Assembly (NCBI GenBank): GCA_965178125.1
Contig: OZ237741.1
Span: 806,001-870,000, forward strand
Length of the DNA stretch: 64,000 nucleotides
DNA from: Bilabrum cf. latius
Taxonomy: Eukaryota
Direction: 5' to 3'
Below are positions 49,001 through 60,788 of the stretch, piece by piece. Position numbers and translations under genes: made by a program. Every line of letters begins with the position of its first letter. The first letter of the stretch is position 1. The notes below the pieces were generated by a model that had not been told where the DNA came from, did not search any database, and saw only the letters and a list, made by a program, of their open reading frames with translations.

Positions 49001-52000
49001 GCCCACCCCCGGGAATCTCAGGAAGCACCACCCGACCATACTGGTCTTCGTCGACGAGGCCAGCATCCTCCATCGAGTCGCCTTCTCGAGTCCATCCCGA
49101 GGCCGGTGTATTGCGCCGGACGCTCGAATTAAGCAACGACTCGTGCGCGACCGGGGATGAAAATTGGGTGGATTTTGCTGACATGTTGCTGAGTTTGCGC
49201 GACCTCTGCGACCCCATCGAGCTGCCTCCACTCGGCGCAACAGGGACGCCATGGGTATCCTGGTCCTCAGCTAGCTCGTCGAGAGCATCGGTCAAATTGA
49301 CCAGGAACTCCGTCAGGGCCAAAGTCTGCGCGGGTGTCGCGCACCAATCTAGGGCCGTGATGATTCCAGGCACGGCAAATGGTGAGACGCGGCACTCGGT
49401 CATCGCGAGCCTGCCGTTGGTGCCCTTGGAGCCACCATGCGCGACAGTGGCGCGGGAGTCCTCCCCGTCCTCTGCGCCACGAAGCGTCTTTGATGTGGGT
49501 CCTTTCGCAGGGAGGATTCCAGCAGAGGATGGACCGGTGGCTATGTCCTTGGACGGCAGGGCACACGGGCCTTTGCCGGCATCCCATGCGGCTTCAAAGA
49601 TTGAATAGAGAGCTTCTATCTCGGGCGATATTAGGCACAGCTCGGCACCCCTAGCCCACATGCTCGCAGGTGTGACCTCACCTACAACCCGTGCGCTAGG
49701 TCGCACGAGCACTCGACGGCTTGTCACCCTCCTCTTGCCAGCAGATCTCTGCGACGAGCTGCCTTTGGTGTTCGAATGAGAGCCTGAGGCTGACGCCTGA
49801 CCGGAAGCTGATGGTGACGCTACAGCTGCGCCCTAGAGATCTTCGTCATCATCTCCCCAAACGACACCGACCCCACCGTCTGATGCCTTGGCTACTTCGC
49901 TGTACCCGGTGGACGTGTCTTCTGTGTCAATGCCGCACATCAATAGCACGCTCGCAAGACATCCACACGCAGTAGCTGCACCCTAAGCAGCGTATGCAGC
50001 GATACCTTGCTGGCGCTGCTCTTGCATCTGCCAGACAGGCACGCCGGGCTGCGCCCCAACTTCGCTGAGATCCCGCCTTCCTGTGCTTGAGGCACCTAGA
50101 GCAGGGGCCACTCCAGAGCTGAGCAGCTCAGCGGCTAGCGATGCCCGCATCCATGCCGCAAGCTGTTCTGGCATCATCTCAACCATCGATAGCAAGCGCT
50201 GAGGAGCCGTCAAGCCAGCTGCCCAAGCCTTACTGGCCGCAGATCCGCTAACATCACTTGTTCCCAATGAAGCATATTTGTCTCCTGCCGACGCATGCGG
50301 TGGCTGAGTGGGTGCCGCTGAGGTGCCGTGTGCATCCAATCCAAGCCAAGTGCCGCAACGAGCCACTGCACCCCAAGACGCCTGCTCTAACTCCTTAGAC
50401 ATGCGCTCCTCCGAGGACTGCCCACTGCCTTCGTACACCCTAGCACGAAGCAGAGCCATCAGCTCAGTCTTGGCGAAACCGCCTTGGGGACCCGAGCCCC
50501 AGCCAGCGGGTGGTAGCTACGAGACGAAGAGGTGCGCCCCGGGATCTTCCCTACACCTCTCGTCCAAGGGTGGGGGCGGTCCAGAGCGCTTTGACTCCCC
50601 AGCGCACAGCCCGCAGCAGCTACCACACGTCAACACGTTCGTGATGCCAGCACAGACAGACCCCAGGCAAGAATCTTCCTCCGGCGGGTGAGTTCCTGGC
50701 ACCACTTCCTCGTCGTCGACAACAACCCACGGCTGTGAGAACCCAAGCACGTTAAACCCACAGTGAAGGAGGTCTTTTGCAGGAGACAGCTGCAAGCTCC
50801 ACCTCTCTGCCCTGGCCATCGACATGGCCAGCATGCATGGGCCAGCACAATCCGACCATTGGGGTTGGGCTCTGGCAGACGTGCTACCACCTGCGCCCGC
50901 GTCAGGGCCATTCGCTGCTCGAACAGTGCCGAGCGTTCGGTCCGCCGGATCGAACGCAGGCTGCGCGATCGAGATGCCGAAAGAAGAGCACATCCTTGCG
51001 AAACCATCTACTGTGATGAATCCGGAACCACTTGCACCTATCCCGGTTGCGACAGCTGCTGCCGACTCCAGGGCTTCACTCAAGGATCCGAGCACGCCGA
51101 TCTCGCTTGCTCGCAAGTCCTCCAATTCTCCAAGCGAAATTCTAACATTCCAGCCGCCCGCTGTCTTCGTGTTGCGCAGCTCCTCCGCAAGGCCACCGTA
51201 GGTGATCGCTCGCGGCACCCTGATCGCGTGCTTGTCCCATGCTTTGAACTTCAGCCACGAACGCTGCAGCCTGTCAGCCACTTGCTCCATCTGACGCCAA
51301 GTAAGGCTGTCCTTCTGTTCACGAGAAACGACAGGAGAGCTCCATGGACCAGCCACTACTGCGCTGTAGTCCACCGGCTGACCGACCACGACGTGAGCCC
51401 ACGGGCCTTTACCGGCATTGGGCGCAGCACCCGCTGCACCGGATGCTATCTCCTCTATCGGAGCTAGGCGTTGCCGCCACTGCGGCGTGCGGAGCAGCAG
51501 TGCGGCTGCATTGTTTGCCTCGCTCTCGACGTAGACTTCCTCCTACACCTATCGCAACCGCTCCAGCCACCTACGCGCATCTGGTGGAGATGGCACCATC
51601 GCTCGCAAACCGATAGCGTGCAGCCTGTCGCTAAACCGAAGGGCCCTCGCGGCTACTGACCGGTCAAGCGTGTAGTCTACTATCCCTAGGTCGTCTTGGT
51701 TCGTCTTTGCCTTGTGATCTCGCAGCAATGGCATGTGTCGAAGAAGCGAGGGCGGCTCGATGCTTGCCCTCCCAGCAAAGTGCCCCCGCACTCGAAGGTA
51801 TACCCATCGGCCTGACATCGGATGCCACACTCGCTTTACGGCCGATGGAAGTAAGCAGGCCGCAAACGTTCGCCTGGCAATGTGTCCTCGCCAGAGCTTG
51901 GACAGCTGCACCTGGCCGCGGCGGATCGCTTGAGAAGGCAGCTGCGCGTACAGATCGCCGAACGCGCGAATGTGCATAAGTCTCTTGTAGATCTCTAGAA

Positions 52001-55000
52001 ACGTGGCGGCAAATCCAATTTCGGGGCTATGAAAGCGTTTGTGGTGCCCACAAACCGCGCACAGGTCCTTGGTACTGTCCTGTGGAGCCGGGGATCCGAT
52101 CTCGCGTCGCCTAGCCCGGAATCCTGGACACTCGCACGGATCGGGGACAGAGTCTGCTCCGTCAGACCGTCCGGTGCCGCGCGAGCCGGGGCTACAGCCC
52201 CGCTGTGGTGAGAGCATTCCACTACCGCTGTCAGGCCTGGTCTCTGTTACGTGCCGGTGTGGGGCCTGCGGCCAGCCGCACTTTGGGCGAAGCGTCGCTT
52301 GCGCAAACGCCTGGAGGCGGGCTTCCCCCTCCACCTGTGGCGGCACCTGTCCATTGTCCCACCATTCCCTCCGCTTCCAGATCCGGATCGAGTCGCGAAT
52401 GATGGACCTTACTGCGTCACGAACCGATCTTGCTTGACCTGCTGCCACCCTAATGGGTATGAGCTGCAGCTTCTCGGATGATGCAGCAAGTTTGCCCATC
52501 TGCCGTGGACTTGCATGAACAATATCGAACGGGTCCTTATCGGCCTGCCGAGGGCTCTTGGTGTCGGCAGCAGGACGAGCGCCCTCTGCCAGTGCATCGA
52601 CATCAACGCGGTGCACCTCGCCATCCGATCCAGCCGTGTCGTTTGTATCAGCTGCCACACCTGGCTATTCAGAAATGCCCTGCCGAGCCGCGGATTCAGT
52701 TGCTGGAGACTCTGGCCGAGGGCGCGACCACCCCCGTTCATGGCGTGACACTGCCTCCGGAGAGAATCCCTGCCTCTCCGGTGCATCACTTTTTTGTGGG
52801 GTCGAAAACCCGTGGCTGCCACTCCGCTACGGTAAATACCGCTGTGGAGTCTGCACCTGACCCTCGGTATTGCGAATGTGAGGTGTGCGAGGCGGCTTGC
52901 CTATCGCTCTCGGGCTATCAAGTGAAGACAAGTCGGCGAGCTTGGACGGGTCTAACGACGGGTCAATCCCCTAAGGGCCATCGACCGCGGCTCCGATCTC
53001 ATCAGCCCAATCTGCTTGGTCGCCGGAGCCGTCGGACGAGCTGGCAAGCTCAGAGCCAGCCGAATCATCCGATTCTGATCCACCAGCTGCGATGACCACA
53101 GACAGGCCACCACCGAACTTTGAAGTAGACTTGATGGTTCCGGCCGTAGTTCCCGGTCGAAGCCGACTGCGCATTTTATTCCCAGCTGTCACCGTATCCA
53201 TCAAGCGCCTGGCACCTTCTGCGCTGACGCTGACTCGCCTGCGACCAGGTGCGCTGCTTCCATGTCTCGCGCCGGAGGTCTTGGGGCTGCCAGCATGGGG
53301 CGACGAGACAACCGCATGGTGCTTGCGAAGCCCATCGTTTACTGCAATCGCAACCTGCCCACCTGTACGAGATCCAAAACGACCCTCGGCAGCGTCTGCT
53401 GCTGCTGCAGTAACAGTTGCAACCGCATCTTCAGGGACCGCCACTTCTGATGTGGGCATGCCAGCACCCGCTGATCGTTCCCGGCCCTCTGCATGATAGA
53501 AGGCAGCCTTGGACGCCTGCTCAGCGAGAAGTCCCTCCACCTCAAACTGCAGCATGGCGGTCCCCCTCCTCCTGCTGCTCGACGCAGACACGATAGCAGA
53601 TCGGTCACCTCCCCTTGCGCTCCCTCCTCGCGGCGTTACTCCGTCTCCGCTGGTGCCATCGTCGGCTTCAGAGCCCCCCATCATTAATCTCTTCCTCCAT
53701 CTCACGCTGCCATAGCCCCTACTCGAGGTGGTTCCAGGCCGGATTGAAAATTGCTCCAGGGACTGAGCCAGTCGGGATGCGGCCGTTTCAGGGCGACTCG
53801 ACCCGCCTGCCCGACTGGCGCTCTGCGAAGCTAGCATCGCGCGCAGCCCCATGGTGGATCCTGGTCTTGCTGACATGGACCCAGGAGGCATTCCAACGGT
53901 ACCTGCAGTGCCGGCCCGCACGCTGACCAGGCCATTTTCATCCAAACGAGCCGAGTGAGCCTCGTTCGCTGCGCCTTTCTGGTCCCCATCAGATTCCGCG
54001 CGGAGCATGTCGAACAGTGAAATGCGATTTGACGGACTAGTGGACTTGCGACCACCCGTCATATTCCCAGCCGACGGCGAGCGCAGTAGCGCCATGTCGG
54101 CATGGCCGTGGAGCCTAGTCCTGTCTTTTTTTGTGAGCACTCGAATGTTGGACTCATGCTCTTCGCCTTCGCTGTTCGCATACCCAGGCTATCGCCCATC
54201 AGGGCCTAGCTTCAGCGAGCTGAGAACAGGCAGGCCTCTCTGCATTCGATTGCGCTGCAAGTCTTGGTACGCCATGCCACCTCGGCTCTTGGACTCACTC
54301 GGGTTCTCCAAGAGAGACGACGTACCGTCGCCTGCTTCTGTGGATGCGTCGCCTGACGGGTAGAATCCAGCATCCATCCCAGTCGGCTCATAGCCGGGCG
54401 ACATGATCGTACCGCTCCTAGACGTACCTCTCGACAAGCCTACTTGCCATTCAGCTGATGGGCCACCCTCATAATCACCCTCCTAGTCCTGAAGCACTTG
54501 GGCAAGGGCAGACACGAGAATGTCTTCCTACCTCCAAGACCACCACCGGTCCCACAGCGTGGAATAGGCGTCCAGCAAAGAGTCAGGGTCGTACTTTCGC
54601 TCCTGCTGGTCTATCCCGTCTTCATCGGATGCCCCACGTAGTCGGTCTGCATCAGACTACCCTTTTGCACCGGCAAACTGCCTGGCTCGGCCAGTCATGC
54701 GCGTCCGGGTTGCTGCATCGAGGCCGATGGGATCTGCAGTGCCGCTTCGATCGTCATCGTCATTGAAGTATTTCCGGGCGTTGGAAGCCTTCTCCCTGGC
54801 TCGTTCCAGGATACTGCCTCTCCTGCCACGCCTCGGACGCTTTGACTCTGGACTTGTATAGGCGTGGGATTCCAGGCCATCTGCCATCCCAGGTCTCCCA
54901 CCAGAGGAGACTCCTGCAGTGCCCTGGTCCCGCGCAGATCGTCTGCCAGATCTTGGAACACCGGCCATGGCGGGAATACCAAGCTTCACTTGCACACGAC

Positions 55001-58000
55001 GAATCAATCGGCTCATCTTTTCTGCCCACAATGCGCTTGCTGTGGTTAGGAGGGTGAAGCGCCTGCCGGCCGCTGCATCCGTCACAGGAAGGTGTCGGCC
55101 TCCAGCTACTGGCAGCACCCGCCCTGGGAAGAAACCGAAGGTGTCAAGCTTCGAATTTGTCTCCCAAGGAGCAGGCGGCCTGCCTATGAGATTTCGAGAG
55201 GTCGAAGGAGAGCCAGTGCGACCAACCTTCGGCTGTGGACCGCTGTGCTGTGATGCAAGTGCCTGCGGGCTCGAGTCACTAGGCTTTGGGGCGACCCCTG
55301 CCTGCCCCCACGAGTAACAGCACCCATACGAGGTCCAAGCCACAGTGTGATTGGCACCACATGAAACCGCCATCACATTGCGAGGTAAGCACGGTACCGG
55401 CTGGAACTCTAGACTTCGAGCCACCTCCCGACCGCGACCAAGCTGACCCAGCCCTCCGATGCCGGAGGCCATGCACAGAGAGAGCCCCCACTGCAACCGT
55501 CTCTGCGCTTGTTCGTCGGAGATGGTGTCTTCTTCTAGACGCAGAGGCAATTTCTCGAGGGACGGCCGAAATAAGTCTCCAGGAAATCCTCGAAAAGCTC
55601 GCCTGTGCTGCACCACGATGGCAGAGTGCCACAAGCCGCACGAAACTGAAACCGTTGCCCAGTCCTCCGGCAAATCGACTCGTGCGGGCTACCAACGACC
55701 TCGCTCGTCGCCAAGGCCAAGCCTGCCGCCAGCACCTTCACCCCAAGAAAAGAGGCGGCCATCTGCAGTGCAAGCAAGAGTGTGGGCGGATCCGCACGCA
55801 ACCATCGCAAATTGCAATTTCGGTCGAATATTCCATCCATCCGGGATGAGATCAATGCTTTGATGGTCCCTCAATGACAGCATGGATGCGTGACCGAGCT
55901 CCTGCGAGTCCACTGCAGACGCGTTCATGTCCGCATGTTGCTCGAATCCATGGTTGCTACCCTCTTCAAGGTCATCTTTGGCATGCACCGGAGTAGGTGC
56001 AGGAAACACATCTACACCCTTAGCCTCCGCTTTCGCTCTGGCCTTCCTCTGAGCCATGGATCGGCCCGATGTGCTCAGCTACTCGAAGTCCTGCTCTTCA
56101 AGTTCGTCCTCGGCGTCATAAAGTGCACCCGCCATTGGTGCCACGCCGAGTCGCCCGCCTCCTGCCATTCCCCAAGCCCACAGCCCTCCTTCCTCTCCAA
56201 TGGCTGTGCTATGCACACTCCCAGCTGCAATGCCAGCCACCTTTCTCTTGGTGAGAGTGTATTTGCTAAGCATTGTGTTTGGCTGCATGTCCAGTCGTAC
56301 TGCTTGTGCTTGGTTACCCGATCGGTCGGACGTCCGCCGCGCCGCTCCCGCCGCTCCCGCCGCCGCCAGCCCCGTTTGACCGCTCCCATCCGCACCTCCG
56401 CACAGAAGCAGCCCGGCTTCATCAACGCACAAAACGTGGTCACCCCCAACAGCTGCCTAGACAATGCGACGGAATCGCAACTGTTGATTCCGTGCCAGGC
56501 GTGGTCTAGTCTGCGGAGGAGGCCTCGGGCGAAGGAAATCAGTAGGCGATTTTGATTCGTCTCCGGGCTCGATGGCGACGCCGTCCGCTACCGCGCTACT
56601 CTCTGCAGCTGTCCTGCTGGCAACAATAGCCGGGCCAGGGCCGTATTGGCAGGGGCACATTTCGAGTCCAGTCTCAGGTTCACCAAATAGGGATTCTGGA
56701 CCTGACGCTTGCAATCCTTTCTTGGAGCTCTTGGATGCTGCCGCTGCAGCGGCTGCTGCATCTCCGCCAAAATCCCCGACCAGACTCGCCCGTCTTGCCC
56801 GACCCCCTCCAGCCGCAGTTGTGGCCTTGGCAGCCAGCGTGGAGGCCGTTTGTAGAGCAGCTTGCCCGGGAGCAAAGGCCAGTACCTCGGGTTCTTCCCT
56901 AACCTCCACGTTCTCGAAATCATCGGCATCACCAGAGCTGTCACCCACGCTGTCTTCAGTCGAGTTTCGTCCGAAAGCCATGTCGGTTGACTCCTGAGAT
57001 CTTAGCTTGCCGAGCGCTTCCAAAGCCTACGCAGCGGTTGATCCTCGACGTTGCTGGCGCGATCTCGCCGCAATGTGCTTTCTCGCAGCAAGCGCCGTGG
57101 CGGTTGCAACCGCGGCCCCGCCTTTGCTGAACTGAGCGAGTCTAGCGGCACGGCGAGCTACTTCACGCTAGTAGGCGGCTCTCCGTTGCACCTCAGCGTG
57201 CAGCATGGTCCACAGCAAAAACGCCGCACGCCTAAGCTTCTGCACCTCAAACCCACCCAGTTTACCTCGCATGCTGTACACGACACGACCATCTGGCAAA
57301 TTTGATCGAGCTGGGGCAACCTCATCCAGGGCAATCGACAGGGCCAGAGCGGCTTCAGTGGCATGCATCCACCTTGGCATCAAGCTGCGGATCCTCATTT
57401 GCTCTTCTGCGGCTGCTGTCTCCGCCTACAAGCCGCTAGACAGCGGCTCAAGCAAAGGCTGAAGCCAGCCCTGGGGCGCAGCGACCTTATCCCATGGCTG
57501 TCCTGAAGCCTCCTAGATCCTGCGTTCCAGCCACTGGCTCTCGTGCTGAAGGATTCCTCGTGGACGTCTCGATGTACGGCCAATTGTGGCCGCGCCAGTC
57601 TTCGCAGAATTGTCTCGTGCGTTCTGTCCAGACAGCAGGCCTTTCAACACCTGCCCTTGCGCCCTTCTCCGCTTGGCTTGCCGCTACTTGGCCGTCAGAG
57701 TGCCTTTACTTGTGCCTGTTTCTGATTTTTCCTCCTCGTCACCATGCGCCTGCTGTGCACTGCTGAATGTGTTGCCCATGGCAGTCCGCATCGCGGCGAG
57801 GTCGTCGATCCCTGCCAGCTCATACCTCTTCAAGAAGCGCCTCCGCAACAGCGCGAGACTTATGATAATGCCACGGGCCGCGGCTGCATCAGATAGTGCA
57901 CTTGAAGGCTCTTGCGGTAGCCTTTTTAACGACCATGAGCGCTGCAGCCCCGTGTCAAACTAACCCCACTCTGCAGCCCTGGCTTGCAGCACACCTTGAG

Positions 58001-59348
58001 CCCCCGTGGCGTCGACTGCTTGCCTTTGATCCTGTCTCGAGAACCGCAAAGCGGCTTCTCTCAGCAGCAGCATTGCAGCCGATGCACCCCTTGGTACCTT
58101 CATCGTTGGCTCATCTAGCGCCGCCAGAACGTCATCGCCAGGGGCAGCCACAGCTGCGCCCTCGCCTGACGCCGCTACCACTGCCATGGTCTGCGCGGCA
58201 TAGGCGACGGCGGAGTTTCGTCGTTCTCCCATCCGTCGCTTTGCGCCTTTCCTCTTGTGAACTAGGCCTACTTGTGGCAGCATTTCTCCTACGGGTACCA
58301 GCTGATCGCCTTGTTTGCTCCTGCCACTGCTTGGCGCCGAGGCATGCCCTCCTCCTTCGGTTCGGCCACCGTTCGCCATGAATCTCCTGGCGGCCATTAC
58401 ATCCTTGCTGCTATGCACCGCGTGATCATCACCAACAAGCCAGGACCCAGTGGCCAGTTTCCTGCCAGCAGATGAGTCGTCACTCCCGGCAGAACCGCCC
58501 CCCATGACGTAGGCCCTGCCTGACGCCGTCAGCACGATAGCTCGGCTGCCCGCGCTACCACACGCGTGAACAGATATGGGTCTCCGGCCAAACAGCAGCC
58601 AGACAGGCTGTGGCGCTGTGAATCCGCTGCCAACCTCTGGGCTGCTCGACGCATCTGCGGGGCTGCTGCTGCTGCTGCTGCTGCTGCGATTCGAGGCCTC
58701 TGCAGTGCCCGTGGAGCCCTCGCCAGGGAGTGGTGCCCCGAAGGCACAAACGCCAGAGAAATCGCCCTGCTCGATTTTCCAGTCCTGCTCCGCATCTCGC
58801 ATGGCATGCCCTTCTCTGCCTGCCTGCACGCGCGCCCAGGCCGCGAGCCGCCTCCTGAGGACTGCAACGGACTCGCCGCCGTTCACGCCGGCATCTCCCC
58901 TGGATACCAGAGCCAACAGCAACTGCTCTCTATTGGCCAAGGCAAGCCCACCAGACAGCCAAAATGCAGCATCATCGCCAACGTCATGCTGGTCGACGCT
59001 TTGCTGTCCATCTGGAGTCTCCTCGTCCTGTCCGACTGTATCTGCCGCGAACTTCCTGCCAGCTCGTTCCCATATTTCGGCCTCTACTCGCTCAGAAGCT
59101 CCATATGCTCGATCTTTCTGTTTAATACGACGAAGCCTAGCCTCCTCCTCGCGCTTGCGCCTTTTCAATTTGGAGTACAGGCCAGAGTCGACCAGCTTCT
59201 CGCGAAGCATTCGCTCGCCATCCCTAGGCAAAATACGCATCTCAATACCTGCATTCTCGGCAAGCTGCACTATCCCTGCCCCTATTGCATCTCCAAAGTT
59301 TCCAAGTGCGAGCGCGGCTCGGTGAAGCGTACTTGAGTTATCAGTCAT
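46038..59348 (-). CDS. Giant RCC1-repeat protein with IQ, WW-like, Cys/His and C2H2-like motifs (~4436 aa; ~26 in-frame TAG)
   Basis: All long minus-strand ORF fragments share one frame from ATG 59348 to TGA 46038-46040, broken only by TAG. RCC1: IV*AAVGGDH, IAAGSVHS..GGRLG, VACGSAHTLA..FSWGEGAGGRLGLGD, VSCGANHTVA. IQ-like QLSKLWRGHIARR; FACAGCNRSF..DWRRH. Confidence 0.78.
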
Positions 59349-60788
59349 TTTGCTAGCAGTACTTCAAGCAAACTTGCATGGGACACATCCAGCAACTCTC
59401 GCAATCATTCTAGTGCTACACTTATTAAATGAGGCAAAAAAAATGAATAGAAACGTACTGATATTGTAGACAATTGCTCGTAGTGTGCCTAAAATAGGCT
59501 CATTGTGAATTGGTCCGTTTAATAATCGTCATCACTGATTGCATCACCCGGGGCCCAGGCTGCCTCTGGCATCTCAGTGATTGGTTCTTCTTACTTGTAT
59601 CCAGCCGCACAATTTATCGCATGATGGCACAGCCAGCTACCACAGAATCTGTGAACAGGCGCATTTTTCTTGAGTATGCATGATGATCAGGGGGTCGCAC
59701 GCTGAGGTCGCATTGATGACTCGGAGCATCGGGAGGAGTCCGATTCGGGACCAAACCGCGCACCTGCCGCCCTTCGATGGCAAACAGACGAATGGCAGCG
59801 ATGTCGTAGTCCGGTCCACGAGGGGCGGGTGCGAGATGGTGGACGTGCAGGTGCGCGGTGTCCGACAAAGACCGTTGCTCTACTAGCGGAATGGAGCTCA
59901 AAGGCGGCGCACGAGGGAGCGATGGAAGGTCTGCAGCGGGTGCCAGTACTGATGCTGCCTTCGGCGGCGTGGGACAGCCGGCGAGGAGGGGAGGAAGGGA
60001 GGCGAGGATCTAAGCTGCTCAATCGGGCGACGAACGTAAGCGGCAGGCAGCAGCAAAGAAATATTAGGGTCTAGTTTGGTAGTCAGGTTGAACGAGGGAG
60101 GCCGGTGGACTGTCTCTTGCGCTGCATGATGGAGCTAAAGGGGTGGATGCGGCATGGGTGGTGGTTGTGGCGGTGCGCCCACAGTCTAGCACGGAGGTAC
60201 CGCATTTACGGATTAAAAGCCCCTTATGCGGGCGGAGGGTTCGAGAGGGGCGTGCCAGTGGCGTTGCAGGCTGTGATTCTGCGTCGCAGGGGCCTGCAAA
60301 GGATGGGACTGTCAGTTGAGCTGAGTCAGCTGATCGCTGAACGCTGTGACGAGAAGCACAGCAAAGGCCGGGGGCGGTTGTTCGTGGGGGCCGACGGGCA
60401 TGCAAGGGCTGCTAACCAATCGTTCGCTTGTGCGTTATGCATGCCGAGTGGTCTTGTAGGCGCCAGCGTCGGCATCGCGATTCTCACCAACGAAACCTCA
60501 GCACGACACAACACATGAGCCTTGGATACTATTGCAGCTGCAATCAGGGCCGAGTTTGGCTGTTTTTATTCATTTTCTCATACTGCTGCGAACTATGCAG
60601 GGCTTCGCCAGTTGCTTGCAAGCAGCACTTTTTTTTGTCGGCGCCGGGACCCGGAGCAAAAACTTCAAGTTGAACTCGACTCGGTCAGCTGCAGTTCACG
60701 TGCGGCCTTTGGAAGCCCCTTGCCGCGCGCTACGCCAGTTTTCGGTCCATACTGAATAAAACACGCAATATTTGCATATAAGTGACTA

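Noticed and set aside
59829-60518. Plus-strand ORF that joins across a TAG (~229 codons)
   Set aside because: It starts at GTG, has atypical Trp/Cys/Arg-rich composition and no motif, so it is likely a chance ORF.
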